DNA of 64,000 nt from an uncultured Gammaproteobacteria bacterium (GCA_964584665.1 CAZPAO010000011.1:1132-65131); one strand, 5' to 3'. Counted from the first letter of the stretch, positions 51,497-60,072 are shown. Numbers and translations are program-made. Notes: generated from the sequence alone by a model not told the origin.

Positions 51497-52294
51497 GTGG
51501 TTCCGCGGCTCGGCGCGGGCTCCGCCCCGACCCAACGGGGGACCTTGCACGCAAACCTGAAAGTGATGACCGCCACGTCGGACGACAAGCTCATGCATAT
51601 CGCGCATATGGCCCTTGGGAACCTGCATTTCGAGATGCGGGACACGCGTGATGGCGAGACCACCCTGCGCGCCATGCGGCAGGAGCGCCCGGATCTCCTG
51701 ATATTGGACGACGCGATCCCCGGCACCGGCGGCGTGGCCTTGTGCCGCCGCGTGCGTGAGAGCCCCCTCACCACCAGCCTGCCCATCATCATGGTCACGG
51801 ATGCCGGCGACGATGAACGGCACATCGAGGCCCTCGACAACGGCGCGGACGACTGCCTGTCGCGCCCCCTGCGCGTCGACATGCTGGTCGCGCACATCAA
51901 GGTGATCGCCCGCCGCCTGTCGCGTGCGCTCCCGGTGGCGCGCCTGCTGGTCGGGCCCATCGACATGGACCTGGAGCGCTGGATACTGAAGGTGGCAGGC
52001 GCGACGGTGGACCTCACCAACAAGGAATTCAGGCTCCTGCAGGCGCTGCTGGAGGCGAAGGGTCGCACCCTCAGCCGCGACGTGCTGCTGCAGCTGGCCT
52101 GGGCCCACGATCCCGGGCTCGCGCTTGAGTCCCGCACCGTGGACGTCCACATCGGGCGCCTGCGTCGCAAGCTGGGCGCCTCCATGGGACGCTGCCTGAT
52201 CACAGTGCGCAACGTCGGCTTCCGTTTCGAGGTGCTGTCGGAGTGGCTGGTGGGCCACGAGGCCGGGGGGACTCCCGCCCCTGAACCCACATGA
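51497..52294 (+). CDS. OmpR/PhoB-family response regulator (atypical receiver)
   Basis: Receiver (..SDD..DLLILDDAIPG..IIMVTD..) but RP instead of the conserved KP. Winged helix TVDVHIGRLRRKL..ITVRNVGFRF. Start uncertain (GTG 51497). Confidence 0.75.
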   Translation: MVPRLGAGSAPTQRGTLHANLKVMTATSDDKLMHIAHMALGNLHFEMRDTRDGETTLRAMRQERPDLLILDDAIPGTGGVALCRRVRESPLTTSLPIIMVTDAGDDERHIEALDNGADDCLSRPLRVDMLVAHIKVIARRLSRALPVARLLVGPIDMDLERWILKVAGATVDLTNKEFRLLQALLEAKGRTLSRDVLLQLAWAHDPGLALESRTVDVHIGRLRRKLGASMGRCLITVRNVGFRFEVLSEWLVGHEAGGTPAPEPT

Positions 52295-52749
52295 TCGACC
52301 TCACCCAGCATCTCGCCTCGGTCCCGCCAGCCGTGTTCTTGCCGGCCGCGAAATCCATGCTCACGGTACCCATCCAGGTGATGGGCGACATCGTCACCGC
52401 CCGCCAGCACGGCCGCCGGTTGAGCCTGGAGATCGGCAGCGGCGCGGGCGATTCCACCTTGATCGCCACCATCATCTCGGAACTGGCGCGCAACGTGATC
52501 CTCTACGCCAAGAGCGGTGAGATCATGCTGGGGAAGATTGTCAACACGCACCAGCACGGCATCGAGATAGTGTGCCGCGACAGCGGTCCGGGCATCGCGG
52601 AAGTCCAGCGCGCGTTGTTGGGCGGCTATTCCACCTCGGGCGGTCTCGGCATGGGCCTGAGCGGAGTGCGCCGGATAGCGGACACGTTCCACATCGACAC
52701 CGGCCCCGGCACGGGGACCACCATCAAGTTGACGAAGTGGCTGCGTTGA
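52291..52749 (+). CDS. stand-alone GHKL ATPase, anti-sigma-factor/RsbW-RsbT-like Ser kinase family
   Basis: N box SELARNVILYA, G1 DSGPGI, G2 GGLGMGLSG. 152 aa, no H-box. ATG overlaps the regulator stop (ATGA). Confidence 0.75.
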   Translation: MIDLTQHLASVPPAVFLPAAKSMLTVPIQVMGDIVTARQHGRRLSLEIGSGAGDSTLIATIISELARNVILYAKSGEIMLGKIVNTHQHGIEIVCRDSGPGIAEVQRALLGGYSTSGGLGMGLSGVRRIADTFHIDTGPGTGTTIKLTKWLR

Positions 52750-52773
52750 GGCGCTGCACCGCCGCAAGGCGCT

Positions 52774-54084
52774 TCAGAGCCGGATGACCTCGCCGCCATT
52801 CTGGGGCATGCCCCAGGTGGCGTTGCGGGTATCCACCACCAGCGAGGCTCCGTCCACCACGTCCTGGTAGTCGAACTCCACGTGGTCGGTGAGTATCAGC
52901 ACGCAGTCCGACTCGCGCACCGCGGCCGCATCGGCCGATATCGCTTCCATGCGTACCCCACCCACGTCCACTGCCGGCACGTGCGGATCCGCATAGGACA
53001 CCTTGGCGCCCTTCTGCAGCAGCTGGTCTATGACCTCCAGCGCCGGTGACTCGCGGATGTCGCCCACGCCGCGCTTGTAGGCGACGCCGAGCGCCAGGAT
53101 GCGGGCGCCGCTGAGCGAGCGCTCGCGCCGGTTGAGCGCCTCCGACACCAGCCCCACCACGCAGGCCGGCATGCCCTTGTTGATCTCCTCGGCCAGGTGG
53201 ATGAAGCGGGCGTCGTAGCCGTTCATCTTCATCTTCCAGGCGAGGTAGGCGGAATCGATGCCGATGCAGTGGCCGCCGACGCCGGGCCCGGGGTGGAAAG
53301 CCAGGAAACCGAAGGGCTTGGTGGCCGCCGCATCGATGACCTCGCGCGTGTCCACGCCCAGGGCGCGGCACATCAGCGCGAACTCGTTGGCCAGCGCGAT
53401 GTTGACGTTGCGGAACACGTTCTCATAGAGCTTGGACATCTCCGCCACCTTGGGGCTGGAGACCTGCGTCACCTTGCCCACGATCTGGGAGTAGAGCAGG
53501 GCCGTCAGGCGCGAGCACTCGGCGGTGACGCCGCCCACCACCTTGGGGATGTCGCGCACCTTGAACGTGGCGTTGGCCGGGTCTATGCGCTCCGGCGAGA
53601 ATGCCAGGAAGAAATCCACGCCGGCCTGCCCTCCCTTGTCAGAGAACAGGGGCAGCAGCAGCTCTTCCGTGGTGCCGGGATAGGTGGTGGACTCCAGGAT
53701 CACGAGCTGGCCGGGATGCAGGTGCTCGGCCACCTCCGCCGCCGCCGCCATCACGTAGGAGATGTCCGGGTCCTTGCTCTTGCTGAGCGGCGTCGGCACG
53801 CAGATGATCACCACGTCGCTGTCCTGCAGCACGTCGGGGTTGCTGCTGGCGCTGTAGTGCCCGCTCGCGCGCGCCGCCTGGAGTTGCGGGTCCGGCACGT
53901 CCGGGATGGGCGAATGGCCGCCGTTGAGGGCGGCCACCCGTTCGGGGCTGGTATCCAGACCGGTCACGTCGAAGCCGGCCCCGGCGAACTCGATCGCGAG
54001 CGGCAGGCCCACGTAACCCTGGCCGATGACGGTGATGTGGGCGGAACGGCCTTCGATGCGGCCCGTGAGCGTCTGTGCGTTCAA
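52774..54084 (-). CDS. nucleotide-sugar dehydrogenase (UDP-GlcNAc/ManNAc 6-dehydrogenase-like)
   Basis: N-terminal ITVIGQGYVGLPLAIEFA Rossmann motif. Catalytic-region motif GPGVGGHCI. 436 aa. Confidence 0.85.
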   Translation of the reverse strand: MNAQTLTGRIEGRSAHITVIGQGYVGLPLAIEFAGAGFDVTGLDTSPERVAALNGGHSPIPDVPDPQLQAARASGHYSASSNPDVLQDSDVVIICVPTPLSKSKDPDISYVMAAAAEVAEHLHPGQLVILESTTYPGTTEELLLPLFSDKGGQAGVDFFLAFSPERIDPANATFKVRDIPKVVGGVTAECSRLTALLYSQIVGKVTQVSSPKVAEMSKLYENVFRNVNIALANEFALMCRALGVDTREVIDAAATKPFGFLAFHPGPGVGGHCIGIDSAYLAWKMKMNGYDARFIHLAEEINKGMPACVVGLVSEALNRRERSLSGARILALGVAYKRGVGDIRESPALEVIDQLLQKGAKVSYADPHVPAVDVGGVRMEAISADAAAVRESDCVLILTDHVEFDYQDVVDGASLVVDTRNATWGMPQNGGEVIRL

Positions 54085-54135
54085 AGTATGTCCCTGTGGT
54101 GGGATGCAGTGGATAAGGAGATGCGCCCCGCGCTG

Positions 54136-54747
54136 TCAGATGGCGACGACCATGCCCCGGTTCACCTTGACCGCCAGGCTGCGCCGCAGCATCTCTATGG
54201 ACAGCACCAGCAGGCCCTTGCGGGCGTCGGTCTTGACGAAGAAGCCTTCGACGTCGGTCAGCGGCCCCTTGGTGATGCGCACCCGCTGGCCTTCCTGCAG
54301 GTAGGCATGGGGCACGCCCGGCGTATCCGACTCATGCACCTGGCGGATCGCCTCGATCTCCCGGTCCGGCACCGTGGCCAGCTTGTCCCAGCGCTCGCCC
54401 AATATCCGCACCATGCCGCGGGTCCGTGAGATCTCCGTGTAGCTCGTCCGGTCCACCGCCTCGCGCACGAACAGGTAACCGGGGAACATCGGCGCACGGA
54501 ACGGCACGCGCACATGCTTGCGACGCGCCCACTTGTCCAGCATCGGCAGCCATAACTCGAAGCCCTGGACGCTCAACTGCTCGTACACCAGCTGTTCGCA
54601 GTTGCTGCGGGTCCACAGCACGTGCCAGCGTAGCGTCGGCTCGCGGAAATCGCTGGGGCCGGCATGCTCGGCCAGGGGCAGCATCAGCCGCGGCGGATAG
54701 GCGTCCATCCGCGGGACGATGCCGCCCGGGTTCTCGCTTGGGATCAT
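54136..54747 (-). CDS. NusG-family paralog (RfaH/UpxY-like transcription antiterminator)
   Basis: NGN-like WHVLWTRSNCEQLV..PMFPGYLFV and KOW GQRVRITKGPLTDVEGFF. Start uncertain (54747, 54708 or GTG 54765). Confidence 0.7.
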   Translation of the reverse strand: MIPSENPGGIVPRMDAYPPRLMLPLAEHAGPSDFREPTLRWHVLWTRSNCEQLVYEQLSVQGFELWLPMLDKWARRKHVRVPFRAPMFPGYLFVREAVDRTSYTEISRTRGMVRILGERWDKLATVPDREIEAIRQVHESDTPGVPHAYLQEGQRVRITKGPLTDVEGFFVKTDARKGLLVLSIEMLRRSLAVKVNRGMVVAI

Positions 54748-54902
54748 AGGAAAAGACCTGCACACCGGTAACAGTCGAGTACCGGCGATTACGGGATCGG
54801 ATCAGGGACATTAGTCGCTTGGGTGTCCGATCTCTGTTCGTTGCCGCACATTGGGTCACGTCAGCAGACCAAGATGCAGCGGTCTCCGTCCAGAGTCGCC
54901 CT

Positions 54903-55256
54903 TCAGCGGCGCCCGCTCCAGATGATGCCGAAGATCGCCAGGATCACGAACAGCACGATGAACAAGGCCTGGCCGATACCTGCGACTACCGCGGCCGGCC
55001 CTTCGTAGACCAGCGCCGTCGCTACCGACGCGAAGGCCAGCAGCCCGATGGCCCAGTACAGGGGCTTGAGCGCCCTGTGCTTCGCGGCCAACCATTGGCC
55101 TGAGATGTCCTTGTACAGCTGCGCGGGGCTCCGCTCGGCGTGGGAATAAGGTACCAAATCCCTTTCAGGCCGCAGCAACTCCGCTTCCTCGGGTTGGAAG
55201 CGGTCATGGGCGTCCCGTACCGCCGTTGTGGGATGGCCGTTGATCTCTATCGTCAT
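54903..55256 (-). CDS. hypothetical membrane protein (2 C-terminal TM)
   Basis: 117-aa ORF with ATG start. Soluble N-half, then two hydrophobic helices. Confidence 0.5.
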   Translation of the reverse strand: MTIEINGHPTTAVRDAHDRFQPEEAELLRPERDLVPYSHAERSPAQLYKDISGQWLAAKHRALKPLYWAIGLLAFASVATALVYEGPAAVVAGIGQALFIVLFVILAIFGIIWSGRR

Positions 55257-55578
55257 GGCATGCCTCCTGTGATGCTGCCAGAGCGTCGGATCCCTCGCCG
55301 CACGACGCGGATTCCTCGGTTCCTAAGGTATGCAATGGCGCGCGGCCGCTTCTGTGCGGTAACCCACTTAGGGCAGGCCCGATGCGCGAAAAAGCCGCAG
55401 CCTCGCTCTCCGTGCGCCTTCCGCCCGTCGCAAAGCAGACATAATCTATGTAACTCCTTGGAATCAGTGAATATCGGCGTATGCTGGGTAACGATCACGT
55501 AACGTCCAGGCTGATATCCGCAGCCTCTCATCCTACGAGGCGCAGAACCTGAGCAAGAATCCATTATCGAATTACGAT

Positions 55579-56298
55579 GTGTCACCGCGGCAGAACTACC
55601 TGCTGGCGGCGCTGCAGCCTGAGGTCTACGCCCGCGTGCTGCCCAACCTGGAATTGCAGAGCTTCGAACTCGGCGAGGCTCTGTATGAATCCGGCGGCGC
55701 CCAGGGCTATGTGTTCTTCCCCACCACCGCCATCATCTCCTTGCTCTACGTGATGGAGGACGCCGCCTCGGCGGAGATCGCCATCGTCGGCAACGAGGGA
55801 CTGGTGGGCATCGCGCTGTTCATGGGCGGCGAGAGCACCCCCAGCCGCGCCGTGGTGCAGAGCGCGGGCGAGGGCTACCGGCTCAGGGGCGGGCTGCTCA
55901 AGACCGAGTTCACCAAGGGCGGCGACCTGCAACACCTGCTCCTGCTCTACACCCAGGCGCTGATCACGCAGATGGCCCAGACCGCCGTGTGCAACCGCCA
56001 CCATTCGCTGGAGCAGCAGCTCTGCCGCTGGCTGCTCCTGAGCATCGACCGCCTACCCTCCAACGAACTCACCATGACCCAGGAACTGATCGCGAACATG
56101 CTGGGCGTGCGCCGCGAAGGCGTGACCGAGGCCGCCGGCCGCCTGCAGGACGCGGGCCTGATCCACTACAGCCGCGGCAAGATCACGGTGCTGGACCGCC
56201 CGCGGCTGGAGCAGCGCGTGTGCGAGTGCTACGCGGTGGTGAAGCGCGAATACGACCGGCTGCTGCCCTATGTACCCCCCCCCCGCCCGCGTGACTGA
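55579..56298 (+). CDS. Crp/Fnr-family transcriptional regulator, paralog 2
   Basis: GTG start. Same motifs as paralogs 1 and 3 (LLLYTQALITQMAQTAVCNRHH, MTQELIANMLGVRREG, LEQRVCECYAVVKREYDRLLP). Confidence 0.8.
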   Translation: MSPRQNYLLAALQPEVYARVLPNLELQSFELGEALYESGGAQGYVFFPTTAIISLLYVMEDAASAEIAIVGNEGLVGIALFMGGESTPSRAVVQSAGEGYRLRGGLLKTEFTKGGDLQHLLLLYTQALITQMAQTAVCNRHHSLEQQLCRWLLLSIDRLPSNELTMTQELIANMLGVRREGVTEAAGRLQDAGLIHYSRGKITVLDRPRLEQRVCECYAVVKREYDRLLPYVPPPRPRD

Positions 56299-56318
56299 CG
56301 ACTCAGCCTGAATGAAAA

Positions 56319-56342
56319 AGCCGGCGACTTCCGTCGCCGGCT
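56319..56342. terminator. rho-independent terminator (strong for the minus-strand OmpA gene)
   Basis: AGCCGGCGAC-ttcc-GTCGCCGGCT. The minus strand continues TTTTTCATT. Confidence 0.75.
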
Positions 56343-56385
56343 CTTCCATACCTGACCCGCGCTTGGAGCCGCGGACCCTTATCGG

Positions 56386-57282
56386 TCAACGCGTCGCGGG
56401 AAAAGTGCCGTCCGCATCGGAGATCACCACCTCGACCCGGCGGTTCTGCTGCCGGCCGGAGGCGGTCTGGTTGCTGGCGACCGCGAAGTCCTGGCCGAGG
56501 CCCTTGGTGGTGGCGCGCTGGGCATCCAGGCCGCCATCCACCAATGCGGAACGCACCGCATCAGCGCGGCGCTGGGACAGGTCCCGGTTGTAGGCGGCGC
56601 TGCCGGTGCTGTCGGTATAGCCTTCCACCCGCACGTTGCGCTTGGGGTTGTCACGCAGGAACTGCCCGAGCTTGTCCAGGCTGCGTTCGCCGCTGGCATT
56701 GAGACTGGCATCGTTGCTGTCGAACAGCACGCTGCCGAGCGTCAGCACCATGCCGCGATCGGTCTGCTTGGCATTGAGCGCGGTCAGCAGCGCCGCGTTC
56801 TGCTGCTGCGCCTGATCCGCCTGGGCACCGGCGCTGGCGGCCTGCGCATCGGCGTTGTCCGCCCGGGCGTTGGCCGTGGCGGCTTGGTTCTGCGCGCGTT
56901 GAGTCTGCTGCTGGCTGGCCTGCAGCATCATCTGGCTACGCTGGCTGCCGGCCTGCTTCACGTAGGCCTGCGAGGCATCCGCCTCAGTGAGCTGCCGGGC
57001 AGTCACCACCTGGGTGGTGGCGAGGCGGGCGTAATGGTCCACGTCGGCCTGCGGTGCCTTCTGCTGTTGCAGCGCCGTGGCTTCACTCAGGTTGGCGGAG
57101 GCCAGCCGGAGCTGCTCCGGCGCGGCTCGCGTCACCTGCGGGTCGTTGTTGGCCGCGGCGTAGTCGCTGCGCGCCTGGTCGAGTTGGGCGTTCCGTGCCG
57201 GCGTGCCGGCGCAGCCTGTCAACAGGGTGCCGGCGAGGAGGCCGGCCGCGAGGCTGCCGTGACGTATGTGTGATGTGTTCAT
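56386..57282 (-). CDS. OmpA-family lipoprotein with N-terminal DUF4398-like and Gln/Ala-rich coiled region
   Basis: Lipobox LLTGC. C-terminal OmpA_C motifs (FDSNDASL, VEGYTDSTGSAAYNRDLSQRRADAV, RRVEVVI). Confidence 0.85.
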   Translation of the reverse strand: MNTSHIRHGSLAAGLLAGTLLTGCAGTPARNAQLDQARSDYAAANNDPQVTRAAPEQLRLASANLSEATALQQQKAPQADVDHYARLATTQVVTARQLTEADASQAYVKQAGSQRSQMMLQASQQQTQRAQNQAATANARADNADAQAASAGAQADQAQQQNAALLTALNAKQTDRGMVLTLGSVLFDSNDASLNASGERSLDKLGQFLRDNPKRNVRVEGYTDSTGSAAYNRDLSQRRADAVRSALVDGGLDAQRATTKGLGQDFAVASNQTASGRQQNRRVEVVISDADGTFPATR

Positions 57283-57317
57283 GATCGTGCTCCGTGATTT
57301 GATGTGAGAGGCCGCGC

Positions 57318-57710
57318 TCAAGGCTGCGGCGGATTGCTTGAGTCCACCTGGTTCTGCAGCGCCTGGTTGCCCTGCTGCACCTGCCTCGCGGCTTCCGCGG
57401 ACTTGCCGGCCTGGGTCCTGGCCAACGCCAGTTGTGCGTCCACTTCGGCGTCTTCAGCCTGGTAACGCGCCTGCTTGTAGTCGCCGCTGGCCTGGGCCGT
57501 ATTGGCCGCCTGCAACTGGGACTGGGCGTTATTCAGGTCCATGGGCGCGTACTGGCCGGCGCCGGCGAGGGTGGCCTGGTCGATGGCGGTCTTGGCGCGC
57601 ACCAGGGAATCGTCGGCCTTGGGCGGCTGCCCGCTGCAGCCGGCGAGCAGGAGGATCGCGGACAGCGCGGCGGCCGCGGTCCCGATGGAGGCGATGGGTC
57701 TCATCTTCAT
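57318..57710 (-). CDS. DUF4398-like lipoprotein
   Basis: Lipobox LLLAGC. Helical Ala/Gln-rich body (..AKTAIDQA..YAPMDLNNA..). 35 nt upstream of the OmpA gene. Confidence 0.65.
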   Translation of the reverse strand: MKMRPIASIGTAAAALSAILLLAGCSGQPPKADDSLVRAKTAIDQATLAGAGQYAPMDLNNAQSQLQAANTAQASGDYKQARYQAEDAEVDAQLALARTQAGKSAEAARQVQQGNQALQNQVDSSNPPQP

Positions 57711-57983
57711 GGCGTATCTCACTTGTGTTTTCCCGAAGCCGGGTCTTGGGCATGGATCATCGGGATCTGGAAGGGACGGCTAAGGGTGCCCGGCGATGGC
57801 CAAGGCAGCCGGCCTTGCGGCGCGGCTGCACTTGCCCCAGAAAGACCGTGATGCTTCCGGCCCGAAGCCACGTCGGGCTTGGGGTCGGTGACCCGCACCG
57901 ATGGATGGGCGGGACGGACGCCAGTATCGCCTTCGCCGACGGATCGGTCGGTGCGCTGGCTAACATACGCGGGCGATGCGCGC

Positions 57984-58014
57984 AAAAAAAAAACCGGCGA
58001 CATGGGTCGCCGGT
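57984..58014 (-). terminator. rho-independent terminator
   Basis: The minus strand reads ACCGGCGAC-ccat-GTCGCCGGT followed by T10, 24 nt after the stop at 58038. Confidence 0.9.
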
Positions 58015-58037
58015 CGCGCATCCCTGCACTCAGGCGA

Positions 58038-58418
58038 TCAGCTCGCGGGCTTCGCCGAAAGCTTCGACGTAGCACCGTCGCTAGCGCCATCGACGGATCC
58101 TTTCGCCGAATCGGTCTTGGCGTGGTTCGCCGCATCCGGCTCGCGCACCGCACGGTGGGTGTCGTTGGCCGCGGTGTGGCCGCCTTCGCTGACCATGGTT
58201 TCGCTGTTGGTCTTGTCGCCGGAAGCGGCACCGTTGGTCTTCGGGCTCGAGGCGTCCGCGGAGGCATGCACGGCAGGCTTGGCTTCGTTGCCCTTCTCCG
58301 CCTGGGCCGGGTCACGGCTCTTGTTCAGGTCCGGGTTGCTGGAGGACGGCACCGTCACGGTGGCCTTGTTGGCGTTCTGCTTCGGATCCAACTTGGAATC
58401 GTATTTGGACTGGTTCAT
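58038..58418 (-). CDS. hydrophilic low-complexity (intrinsically disordered) protein
   Basis: AAGGAA SD before ATG 58418. 126 aa rich in Ser/Ala/Lys/Asp/Asn, with no hydrophobic core. Strong terminator. Confidence 0.6.
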   Translation of the reverse strand: MNQSKYDSKLDPKQNANKATVTVPSSSNPDLNKSRDPAQAEKGNEAKPAVHASADASSPKTNGAASGDKTNSETMVSEGGHTAANDTHRAVREPDAANHAKTDSAKGSVDGASDGATSKLSAKPAS

Positions 58419-58796
58419 GGGGAGTTCCTTGCTGTCGGTCTGATCGGCACAGGCGGCGACGATGGGCACGTGGCGCCATCAGCGTGTCTGCTTCGCACTA
58501 CGGCATCGACAGCGGCGGGATCACGCTCAGGGACTTAAGGTCCGCAAGAACGATGGAGACGGTGTGGCTGCTTCAGCGGGTCCCTACGGACGGCGCTGGG
58601 TGTATTGCGTCGACGGAGTATACGCGCGCCTGGATGAGACTATCTAATCGCCGCGTCGTGATGCGACGTTTCCCGGATACTCAAGATCGATCTTGCGCCT
58701 CAGGTCATCTTGGATGACAAGGTCTGAGATGAAACCTACGCAAAGGGGGAGGAGGCGATCAAGAACGGCCTCAGGCCCATCGACAATCAGCCCGAA

Positions 58797-59117
58797 GTGC
58801 CAAGCGTCCTGACCCATTCGTTTTCTGCAGCTCCTGGCGCCAGCGAGGCCTGGGAGTACGAAGGTCCATGGACGGAGGACGCCTTTCCTGCCGGCAATGC
58901 TTCTGGCGGAATCGTCGTCCTGAACGTCCCCGGCGTCCTGGTGGACCCCGTCAACCTCAAGAAGGAAAACTTCCGCTACATCTACGATTACAAGACAAAG
59001 CAGTTCAGCCGTGATGCCATTGAGAAATCGAGCACCATGCTGCTCCGTCCCATCGTTGCCGATCAGCTCAACGGTCAGATCCTTAGAATAGCTGACTACC
59101 GATTGGACAAAGCGTAG
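58797..59117 (+). CDS. hypothetical protein (low-GC islet)
   Basis: 106-aa GTG-start ORF in a region of atypical composition. No family, no clear SD. Confidence 0.3.
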   Translation: MPSVLTHSFSAAPGASEAWEYEGPWTEDAFPAGNASGGIVVLNVPGVLVDPVNLKKENFRYIYDYKTKQFSRDAIEKSSTMLLRPIVADQLNGQILRIADYRLDKA

Positions 59118-59307
59118 GGCTCTCGATCCAGGCCTAATGCCCCCTCACACGTCCGACCTCTTGGTATTGTCGCGATTCGACAATCCGTGTCTTGTCTGCG
59201 CTACGAAAGTATCCGATATGCTAGCCAGCGCACGGAATCAACCTCGGGACGCGACCTATCGTTAACGAATCGAGAAGACTACCCGTTTCGAACCAAGGAC
59301 AAGTGTC

Positions 59308-60072
59308 ATGCATGAGAACCTGCCGACACCGGTGGAACACTCTCCCCGGAAAAACCTCATTCTCGCTGCTCTACCGACAGCGACGTACGAACGAATTTTC
59401 CCAGACCTGAAACTCGTGCGGGTTAAACTCGGCGAAGTTATCTATGAGCCCGGAACCCGCCTGGAATACCTGCTATTTCCTACCACAGCTGTCATCTCCA
59501 TGCTCTTTGTCTTGGAGAACACCGAAACGGCTGAGATCGCCATGGTCGGTTTTGAAGGCGTGGTCGGTGTGTCCCTATTCATGGGTGGCGAGACCACGCC
59601 GAGCCGCGCGATCGTGCAGAATGAGGGATATATGTACAAGCTCAAAGCGGCTGCGATGTTGAAGGAATTCGAGCGTGGCGGAGCGGTCCAGCATCTACTC
59701 TTGCGTTATACCCAGGCGCTGATCACGCAGATGACTCAAACGGCAGTTTGCAACAAGCACCATGATATTGATCAGCAGTTCTGTCGCTGGCTGCTCCTGA
59801 GCCTGGACAGATTGCCCGCAGACGAATTAACGATGACGCAAGGTCTCATTGCCAATATGCTCGGCGTACGCCATGACGGCATGACCGATGCCATCGATCT
59901 TCTGCAGTCATCGGGGTTGATTCACTATAAAGACGGCACCATCACCGTACTGAACAGATCGAAACTGGAGCAACGCGTTTGCGAATGTTATGCCGTCGTG
60001 AAACGTGAATATGACCGATTGCTTCCAGCCTTGGCAGCCGGCGTTCAGCCGCTTCCAGATACATCAATTTGA
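59308..60072 (+). CDS. Crp/Fnr-family transcriptional regulator, paralog 3 (low-GC copy)
   Basis: Same family motifs (LLRYTQALITQMTQTAVCNKHH, LEQRVCECYAVVKREYDRLLP), but A/T-ending codons are frequent. Confidence 0.8.
   Translation: MHENLPTPVEHSPRKNLILAALPTATYERIFPDLKLVRVKLGEVIYEPGTRLEYLLFPTTAVISMLFVLENTETAEIAMVGFEGVVGVSLFMGGETTPSRAIVQNEGYMYKLKAAAMLKEFERGGAVQHLLLRYTQALITQMTQTAVCNKHHDIDQQFCRWLLLSLDRLPADELTMTQGLIANMLGVRHDGMTDAIDLLQSSGLIHYKDGTITVLNRSKLEQRVCECYAVVKREYDRLLPALAAGVQPLPDTSI

Noticed and set aside
55375-55435. A possible fourth, degenerate copy of the MITE/REP-like element (GGCAGG.., CCTCGC.., CGCCTTC.., GCAAAGC).
   Set aside because: Only short scattered words match, and the terminal word is in the wrong orientation. 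This is too weak without a computed alignment.
57984-57993. An A10 homopolymer as a slippage or phase-variation tract.
   Set aside because: It is intergenic, and it is the U-tract (on the minus strand) of a canonical terminator hairpin.
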